Assembly: GCF_018336915.1 (NCBI RefSeq)
Contig: NZ_CP064923.1
Coordinates: forward strand, 5,790,001 to 5,822,000
Reading direction: 5' to 3'
Length of the DNA: 32,000 nt
Source of the DNA: Acaryochloris marina S15
GTDB taxonomy: Bacteria > Cyanobacteriota > Cyanobacteriia > Thermosynechococcales > Thermosynechococcaceae
Position 1 is the stretch's first letter, and every line of letters begins with the position of its first letter. Positions 25,743 to 32,000 of the stretch are shown here, piece after piece. Position numbers and translations under genes: made by a program. The notes under the pieces are model-generated. The model did no database searches, was not told the origin of the DNA, and saw only the letters and a list, made by a program, of their open reading frames with translations.

Positions 25743-26699
25743 TTAAGGAACAGGTTGTGGATAGCTAACGGTTGAGTTATCAACCACGATGGGTTCATCC
25801 ACAATCACGTCTTCAAGATTGGCATCGATTAAATTGCTGCCAAAGAGGTTAACCCCTCGTAAATCTGCTCCCTGCAAATTGGCTCCCATGAGAATGGCTT
25901 CGCTGAGGTTGGCACCTCGCAGGTCGGCTTCACATAGACAGGCACCACCCAAGTTGCTGCCAATTAAACTGGTTTCGGTGAGGGTGGCTTCACTTAAATC
26001 TGTGCCAATGAGAACTGCATGGGATAAGTCAGCTTGTTTGAGATAGGCCCCGATCATATCGGCTCCGCTGAGATAGGCTTCTCGAAATGTGCATTGCTCT
26101 AGGGCGGCTTCATTCAAACTCGCTAGCATCAGCTCAGCCCGATTGAAATTGGCATGGCTGAGTAAGGTGCCGCTTAATTTAGCACCAATCAACTTCAGGC
26201 CCGCAAAATGGCGTTCGCCTGCGGCATATTTTGCCAGCATGCCTCTGCTGATATCTTCGTCTCCCTCAAGGACTGTCAGACTTTGGTCTTCAATCGTTTG
26301 CAGCAGTTTTAAGAGAGATTGGGATTGGGGGCCGACGGTGCTAAGCTGCTGTAATTGTTCAAACCGGCGTCCGAGCTGCTGTCGGGTTTGGTTGAGTTCT
26401 GTGAGTTGTTGATCTAAGTCTTCGATATGGCAGGCCACCATCTGCTGCATGCGCTGTTGAGCATCTTTGGACTGTTCGCCGATGTCCAGCAGTTCTTTAA
26501 TTTCATGGAGGGAAAGGCCAAAGTTTTGGGCACTGCGAATAATTTGTAATCTCTCTTGGGCTGCTATGGTGTAGAGTCGATAACCGGATCGATTCCGTTC
26601 AGGTTGTTTGAGTAGCCCGAGTTGCTCATAATAGCGAATCGCTTGGGGAGAGACACCAAATTTACTGGCTAATTGGCCAATGAGCAGTCCAGTCGTCAT
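25743..26699 (-). CDS. MerR-family HTH regulator fused to a C-terminal pentapeptide-repeat domain
   Basis: From ATG 26699 the sequence is MTTGLLIGQLASKFGVSPQAIRYYEQLGLL..RSGYRLY..LQIIRSAQNFGLSLHEIKELL, the MerR HTH plus wing. A Q-rich coiled coil follows, then ~27 consecutive A(D/N)Lxx-type pentapeptides (aa 186-322 of the long ORF). The longest ORF starts at 26768. Confidence 0.85.
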   Translation of the reverse strand: MTTGLLIGQLASKFGVSPQAIRYYEQLGLLKQPERNRSGYRLYTIAAQERLQIIRSAQNFGLSLHEIKELLDIGEQSKDAQQRMQQMVACHIEDLDQQLTELNQTRQQLGRRFEQLQQLSTVGPQSQSLLKLLQTIEDQSLTVLEGDEDISRGMLAKYAAGERHFAGLKLIGAKLSGTLLSHANFNRAELMLASLNEAALEQCTFREAYLSGADMIGAYLKQADLSHAVLIGTDLSEATLTETSLIGSNLGGACLCEADLRGANLSEAILMGANLQGADLRGVNLFGSNLIDANLEDVIVDEPIVVDNSTVSYPQPVP

Positions 26700-26856
26700 T
26701 TTGTTATCAGGGATTGAAAATCCAGCTTTTTTATCAGTTATTCTTAGGATGCCCAAATAAAAAGGCAATTGAGCGGAGTAAAGACGACAAACTCCAGCAA
26801 AAATTGCCTCAGATAGATGTAAGGTTTATTGAAAATAGTTTGGATTTGACTATTAA

Positions 26857-27174
26857 TTAAGCCATAGCAGCAACTAAATGATTTGTAGTTTTTGGTCCAA
26901 CCTTTTCTTTGAGAATATCTTGGATTTGACGCAGATAATCTTCGGCAACTTCTTGAGGAAAGTTGAGGTGGATGGTGAGATTAGGATTGCTGCTATAGAT
27001 GTGTAATGAGCCATAGGTGGGTAACCAGCCTGAGAAGCCAGCCACCTGTGTATAGGCGATAAATTGAAAAGCCCGAGTGCTGGGGTTAGAGTATTCAATT
27101 CCGCTTTCTGTAAGGGTTATAGTGACATCGCTGTTTGCATCTTTGGGATGAAAACCTTTGAATTCCATTCTCAT
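26857..27174 (-). CDS. Hypothetical protein (105 aa)
   Basis: ATG-initiated ORF with non-repetitive, beta-rich-looking composition. It is on the same strand as the MerR-pentapeptide gene and just upstream of it. No family recognised. Confidence 0.5.
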   Translation of the reverse strand: MRMEFKGFHPKDANSDVTITLTESGIEYSNPSTRAFQFIAYTQVAGFSGWLPTYGSLHIYSSNPNLTIHLNFPQEVAEDYLRQIQDILKEKVGPKTTNHLVAAMA

Positions 27175-27518
27175 GACAGACTCCTAGACATTGGTCAATT
27201 TGATGTGCTCAATCTGGTGTTTGCGGAGTATTCTTTTATAGAATATCTTTGCTAAGAAAGAGTAAGTTTTCTATTTGTCGTGAGTACGAAAGCAGAAAAA
27301 GAATGACTCTTCATTCAGATTGGATATTCCAATATTGCCCAAAAAGGAATGCTATCTAACTTGAAAATCATGGAGTATTTATGTCATAAGCTGATAGTTG
27401 GATTTAATTTCTATCGGAGATATATAAAACTCAAGCAATATGTTTTTTTGCCTATACAAATTAGACAGAAAGATATACATCTCAAACGATGTTTGTGAAT
27501 GCTTAATAGATAAGTGGG

Positions 27519-27557
27519 AGTCCTAGCACTAGCCGTGGGATGGCTAGTGCTAGGACT
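27519..27557 (-). terminator. Perfect 16-bp inverted repeat (stem-loop) just downstream of the cyclase gene
   Basis: The stem is AGTCCTAGCACTAGCC (27519-27534) / GGCTAGTGCTAGGACT (27542-27557) with a 7-nt loop. It starts 14 nt after the minus-strand stop at 27571. No clear U-tract follows in either orientation. Confidence 0.5.
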
Positions 27558-27570
27558 GCACCAGAAGATT

Positions 27571-29241
27571 TTAAGGTTTGCTAGCCATTACAGCTTGCCC
27601 TTGGGCAGGGGGATTTTTCTGGTTCCAGAGCAGACGATACAGTTGAATGGGGTCTTGGATGCCTTTAACTTGAACTGGAGTCAACTGTTGGAGAGGTGCG
27701 TCACATTGATGTAGCTCATTTAAAGTGCTTTGGGAGATCAGGATTTCACCGGCGCGGGCCACGTCACAAATACGGCTACTGATGTTGGTGGTATTGCCAA
27801 TGGTGCCGTACTGGAAGAGTTGTTCAGAACCAATATTGCCGGCAGCAACGACGCCGGTGTTAACACCAATATGAATCTGAATGTTAAAGTTCCACCGTTT
27901 AGCCCAACGTTGATTGAGTTTGGAGACGGCGTTTTGCATGGCGATGGCGGCTTTGACTGCCCGCTCCGCGTCGTTGGGATGTTGATAGGGGGCTCCCCAG
28001 ACGGCCAAGAGGGCATCTCCGATATATTGTTCTAAGGTGCCTTCGAATCGAAAGACGATGCCCTCAACCATGACGCTAAAGTATTCATTTAGCATGGTGA
28101 TGACTTGGCGGGGTTCGAGGCGAGAGGATAGCTCTGTAAACCGACTGATGTCAGCAAAGACGACGGTGACTTTGGTGTCAATCACCTCTAATTGGCTTTC
28201 CTCACTCAATTTTCGCCAGACGTTTTGCGGGAAAAAGCGTTCTAGTTTGGTGCGTAGAACGGCTTCCGTTTGAATTTTTTTGTAGAGATGGGCATTGTCG
28301 ATTGCGATCGCAGCCTGATTCGCTAATCCAGCCAAAAATTCCAAATCCTCTCCAGAGTAGAGGGCACGGACGGAGAGATTGTCCGTGTATAAGACTCCAA
28401 TCACTTCATCTCTGGGTTTGAGGGGGACGCACATGGCGGCATGAATCGCCTGCTGGACGATGGATCGCGATTCATGGAACCTGCGATCGCGGGCGGCATC
28501 ATCCGTTAGGATCCCTTCTCCCGACTCATAGACAAAATTAGTGATGGTAGTGCTGTAAAAGCGGAGTCCGGTGGGAATGCCACTGCGGAATTTGATCGCT
28601 TTTTGTTCTAGCTCTTGGGTTTGGGGATTGACCAAGAGAATTAAACCGCGATCGACGGTCATAATCTCGAACAGCAAATCCAGAATTTTATCGAGCAGTT
28701 CTTCTAATTCTTTGGGAGACGATAGCTGTTGACTGACTTCTAGCAAAATTTTGAGCTTATCAACCGAGCGAGTTTGATCGTCCTGTTGTTTGAGCTTCAA
28801 ACCCACGCCGGATTCGCCGGGAGCTTCAGGTTCTAGTAAATCTTGCAGTTCAATTCGAGTATTTTCAGGGGCAAAGCGACTAATGATGGACAGGGACTGA
28901 TCCGGTGGTGGATTGGGGGAAGTCGGCTCAGGAATGGTAGCCGTCAAGTTCCAGGTGATTTGCATATCAATGGTCCCAAACCGGACCCGATCACCATCTT
29001 TGAGCTGGCATTGCTGAATCGGCTGATCGTTGACATAGGTATGATTGAGGCTATCTAGATCCTTGAGAACGGCTTGACCATTTTCTTGGACCTTGAGCTC
29101 AGCATGGTGACGCGATAAGCTCGGGTGCATCAACACAATATGATTATCTAATCCCCGGCCAATCGAATTGGATCCTGTAACCAAAGTGTAGGATTTGGGA
29201 TTTGGTGCATTAGGGGGAGCCACTAAGTACGGCACATGCAC
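27571..29241 (-). CDS. FHA-GAF-class III adenylate/guanylate cyclase
   Basis: 556 aa. The FHA domain (aa ~18-97) reads SIGRG..N.IVL....SR.HA.L......L.DL.S.N.T.VN. A GAF domain spans aa ~163-320. The cyclase homology domain (aa ~355-530) has metal-binding Asp in VVFADISRFT and YIGDA, and the transition-state motif GNTTNISSR. Confidence 0.9.
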   Translation of the reverse strand: MHVPYLVAPPNAPNPKSYTLVTGSNSIGRGLDNHIVLMHPSLSRHHAELKVQENGQAVLKDLDSLNHTYVNDQPIQQCQLKDGDRVRFGTIDMQITWNLTATIPEPTSPNPPPDQSLSIISRFAPENTRIELQDLLEPEAPGESGVGLKLKQQDDQTRSVDKLKILLEVSQQLSSPKELEELLDKILDLLFEIMTVDRGLILLVNPQTQELEQKAIKFRSGIPTGLRFYSTTITNFVYESGEGILTDDAARDRRFHESRSIVQQAIHAAMCVPLKPRDEVIGVLYTDNLSVRALYSGEDLEFLAGLANQAAIAIDNAHLYKKIQTEAVLRTKLERFFPQNVWRKLSEESQLEVIDTKVTVVFADISRFTELSSRLEPRQVITMLNEYFSVMVEGIVFRFEGTLEQYIGDALLAVWGAPYQHPNDAERAVKAAIAMQNAVSKLNQRWAKRWNFNIQIHIGVNTGVVAAGNIGSEQLFQYGTIGNTTNISSRICDVARAGEILISQSTLNELHQCDAPLQQLTPVQVKGIQDPIQLYRLLWNQKNPPAQGQAVMASKP

Positions 29242-29589
29242 TCCTGTCGTGGGTAACGAGTCTTGATCACAACTTTAGAGATAGTTTAACGGTTGCCAAT
29301 CGCTAAATAAGGGGAAGTTAAACACTATATTAATGTCTAAATTCAAGAACTCCCAATAATGGGTGAGTTTTGGGTCGGCTCCTGCCCTGGGTGTCGTCTG
29401 AGTTATTTACACAATAAGTAAGCTCAATCACAATAAAAGGAGGGTTACCGTTTTGGCAACGGGTGATTCTCTGGGCAAGCCACGAACTCGCAAGTTTTTG
29501 CGGTGATGGGGGCAGACTGACACATATACAAATAGCGCTTGAGGTCAGACTCAAGTTATGACTGAGAGACGGGTTGAGACTGAGCTGTT

Positions 29590-31116
29590 ATGACCAAACT
29601 CTTAAATAACCGTTATCAAGTTCTGGATGTTTTGGGGGGCGGTGGTTTTAGCACCACATTTTTGGTGGAAGACACCCATATGCCTTCCCGGCGTCGTTGT
29701 GTCTTGAAGCAGCTCAAGCCCGTGAGTGTTGACCCATCGATTCAAACCCTGGTTCAAGAGCGGTTTCAGCGAGAAGCAGCCATCCTGGAAACTTTGGGGG
29801 ATGTATCAGATCAAATTCCCCGGCTGTATGCCTACTTTACGGAAGCCCATCAATACTATTTAGTCCAAGAGCTGATTGAAGGGCGAACCCTAGCAGAAGT
29901 GATCCAGACCCAACAAGCTCTGAGTGAAGCGACCGTACTCGATATTTTGATGCGATTGCTGCCGATTATTGATCTGATCCATCAACGGGGCATTATTCAT
30001 CGAGATATTAAGCCGGAAAATATTATTTTGCGCAGCCAGGATGGCAAACCCGTCTTGATTGACTTTGGGGCGGTGAAAGAAACCCTCGGGACCGTGGTAA
30101 ATGCCCAGGGGCAGCCGACAAGTTCGGTGGTAATTGGTACTCCTGGATTTATGTCTACGGAGCAATCCCGAGGATTTCCCACCTATGCGAGCGATCTCTA
30201 TAGTTTGGGCCTAACCGCGATTTATTTGCTCACGGGTAAATTTCCCCATGAGCTGAATATCGATCCCCAGACCAGCCAGTTACGCTGGCATCAATCGGTG
30301 CTGAACGTGTCACCGGGGCTTGCCACAGTTCTTGATCGCTCCATCAACTTGGCTGCCCGTGATCGTTACGCCTCAGCGCCTGACTTTTTACAAGCACTGC
30401 GAGATAGCAGTATGAAGACGGTGGCTGATGCGGCCGTTCCGCCTCCTCCACCCGCGCCCGTCTATTCCACACCTCAACCTACTCCTCCGCCGAATGTGCA
30501 GCCGACGGATATCGCAGCTCCAACCCAGTCTCTTCTAGAGCCATCGCCCGGATTTACCCCGAAAAAAGTAGGGATACTGAGTGCGATCGCACTCGCGTCT
30601 GCTGTGGTCAGCTTTGTGGCAGTTCAACAGCTATGGCCTGTGATGGCTGGCCTTTTGGCGGGTCGTACTGAGGATCCTGATCCCACCGAGATTAGCCCTG
30701 GCGTATCGCCCAGTGAAACGCCGGACGTCACACCCAGCCCGACGCCAGACATTACACCCAGTCCGACGCCAGAAGCTTCTCCACCTGTTGAGTCGCAATT
30801 TGCTGCCATCGCCTATTCCATCCCCACAGGTATCTATGGATATGGGTTGCGTTATCCGTCACAAGCTGAAGCTGAAAAACGGGCCTTACAAGAATGTAAT
30901 CAGCGTGCCCCTGCCAAAGATTGCCAAGCCTTGTTTTGGTTTAAAAATGCCTGTGGGAGCGTAGTTCGCGCCACATCTGGGGCCTATGGTTGGGCGTGGA
31001 GCGAAGACATTCAGGTGGCTGAGCAAGAAGCTCGCAAGCAGTGTTCTAGCTTTGGCGGTACCGACTGCAAAATTCTGCTGAACCTTTGCAGCGATCGCGT
31101 TATCCAGTCTAGCTAA
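29590..31116 (+). CDS. Hanks-type Ser/Thr protein kinase with TM segment and C-terminal Cys-rich DUF4189-like domain
   Basis: The G-loop is LGGGGFSTTF, the catalytic Lys sits in CVLKQLK, and HRDIKPENIIL, DFG and GTPGFMSTEQ are present. A P-rich linker follows, then a hydrophobic stretch at aa 327-358 and a PT-rich repeat. The final ~100 aa (FAAIAYS..TG.YGYG...S..EAE..AL..C....C..LF.F.N.C....) fit my memory of DUF4189. Confidence 0.9.
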   Translation: MTKLLNNRYQVLDVLGGGGFSTTFLVEDTHMPSRRRCVLKQLKPVSVDPSIQTLVQERFQREAAILETLGDVSDQIPRLYAYFTEAHQYYLVQELIEGRTLAEVIQTQQALSEATVLDILMRLLPIIDLIHQRGIIHRDIKPENIILRSQDGKPVLIDFGAVKETLGTVVNAQGQPTSSVVIGTPGFMSTEQSRGFPTYASDLYSLGLTAIYLLTGKFPHELNIDPQTSQLRWHQSVLNVSPGLATVLDRSINLAARDRYASAPDFLQALRDSSMKTVADAAVPPPPPAPVYSTPQPTPPPNVQPTDIAAPTQSLLEPSPGFTPKKVGILSAIALASAVVSFVAVQQLWPVMAGLLAGRTEDPDPTEISPGVSPSETPDVTPSPTPDITPSPTPEASPPVESQFAAIAYSIPTGIYGYGLRYPSQAEAEKRALQECNQRAPAKDCQALFWFKNACGSVVRATSGAYGWAWSEDIQVAEQEARKQCSSFGGTDCKILLNLCSDRVIQSS

Positions 31117-31640
31117 GGGGTCGTTTTTTCTAGATATCGGCGAACCCCTATCCCCATTTGGGTGAGATTAGGGCCAATCTTCTGACTCAGCAACTCTTCC
31201 ACAAACCCCGCTACTTGACTCCGTAAAAAGTCGGGAATGCCATCAATTTTCTGGGGGTAGATGATTAGCTCTCCCCTGTTTTCGACAATGGTGGTGTCTC
31301 CCTGCTCTCGAAACAGATTTTTGCCGGAACAAGACACCGCCTCGGTGAAAGCATGGGTGGTAATCCGCCACTCCAATGAAAAATCTGCTTCATTCCAAAT
31401 ATTATGTTCGGTCCAAGACAGCATTTGCTCGTCGATAAACGCCTTAGCAATGGTGGGAATATCACCGCCCCCATGCCACTCATTAGTACAAATCACCCGT
31501 TGATCTTCCTGGCGATAGGTCTTGGGCTCAATATGATGCACATTGTCCATATAGGGCAAGAGTTCTTGTAGCTTGTCCCGGTAAGTTGCAAATACAAGGG
31601 ATCTGGGGAATGGGATTTGGGCATCTACAGAGATGTTCAT
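31113..31640 (-). CDS. SRPBCC/START-like (polyketide cyclase-like) family protein, tentative
   Basis: The ORF starts MNISVDAQIPFPRSLVFATYRDKL.., typical of an SRPBCC N-terminal strand-helix. It is ~175 aa. The longest ORF begins with GTG at 31664. Its stop overlaps the kinase stop. Confidence 0.55.
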   Translation of the reverse strand: MNISVDAQIPFPRSLVFATYRDKLQELLPYMDNVHHIEPKTYRQEDQRVICTNEWHGGGDIPTIAKAFIDEQMLSWTEHNIWNEADFSLEWRITTHAFTEAVSCSGKNLFREQGDTTIVENRGELIIYPQKIDGIPDFLRSQVAGFVEELLSQKIGPNLTQMGIGVRRYLEKTTP

Positions 31641-32000
31641 ATTGAGCTGACCGGTAACAAACACATATAAGCAACCGAAGGGGAGTAGGTGGATGATGGA
31701 TTTACAAGCTTCTATGTAGATATCGCATTTATATGGCTTCTGCGTTTAGATGTAGCAAAAATCAATGAAATTAAAGTGTTTGTTGAATAGTTTTTTTATC
31801 GGTTTACATCATTTTAGTGTAGGGTGTCGGCAACCTCTAAACCCTTGATTGGCAAGCTTTATCTCTAACCACCTGCCTTATAACCTGGCGTGATCTCCCC
31901 TGACGCTGGCTGCATCTTACCTTGAATGCTCAAATCGAAATTTTTAAGGCTGCAAGAGGGTGAGACAATTGTAAGCAAATAGGGCGATTAATGCTCTAGC

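Noticed and set aside
25789-26412. Plus-strand ORFs 25789..26046 and 26089..26412, antisense to the MerR-pentapeptide gene.
   Set aside because: These are shadow ORFs of the pentapeptide-repeat codons (A/L/S/K/R-rich when read backwards). The sense frame has clear MerR and pentapeptide motifs.
15522-29241. The idea that the FHA-GAF cyclase (27571..29241) supplies cAMP or cGMP that gates the T1SS through the transporter's cNMP-binding-like domain.
   Set aside because: The idea is attractive, but the phosphate-binding cassette of that domain lacks the conserved Glu and Arg. The cyclase product is also unclear. The genes are 8 kb apart, on different strands and in different transcription units. 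I therefore do not claim a functional link.
29330-29554. 74-aa minus-strand ORF in the kinase/cyclase divergent promoter region.
   Set aside because: No motif is present and there is no RBS. It occupies the shared intergenic region and is most likely spurious.

Overview
The window looks like cyanobacterial chromosome. The octamer GCGATCGC (HIP1) occurs 7 times, and the gene content is typical of cyanobacteria. All product calls rest on motif recognition by eye, since no database search was possible.

Bases 1-10.8 kb carry ordinary housekeeping and envelope genes:
- an LpxB-related glycosyltransferase, 5'-truncated by the window edge
- a Fur-family regulator
- a CugP-like NDP-sugar pyrophosphorylase
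- a Wzx-like flippase
- a SpoIIM/DUF95-like membrane protein
- an IscA/HesB Fe-S carrier
- a TPR protein, an alpha/beta hydrolase and a SAM methyltransferase

Bases 10.8-25.6 kb form a type I secretion (T1SS) island set off by long AT-rich spacers. It contains:
- a 794-aa repeat/RTX cargo candidate on the + strand
- a translationally coupled operon (ATGA start/stop overlaps) of parvulin-like PPIase, a 985-aa ABC transporter and a HlyD adaptor
- two tandemly duplicated small acidic ORFs of unknown function, with their own terminator
- a 1565-aa protein built almost entirely of GGxGxD nonapeptides, on the - strand

By eye, three accessory domains of the secretion operon look catalytically or ligand-binding degenerate: the cNMP-binding-like domain, the C39-like domain and the parvulin domain.

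Bases 25.7-31.7 kb are a signalling neighbourhood:
- a MerR HTH fused to about 27 pentapeptide repeats, directly upstream of the giant RTX gene
- a 105-aa unknown protein
- an FHA-GAF-class III nucleotide cyclase with non-canonical substrate-specifying residues
- a divergent Hanks Ser/Thr kinase with a Cys-rich DUF4189-like ectodomain
- an SRPBCC-like protein

I recognised no rRNA, tRNA, CRISPR array, transposase or integrase.
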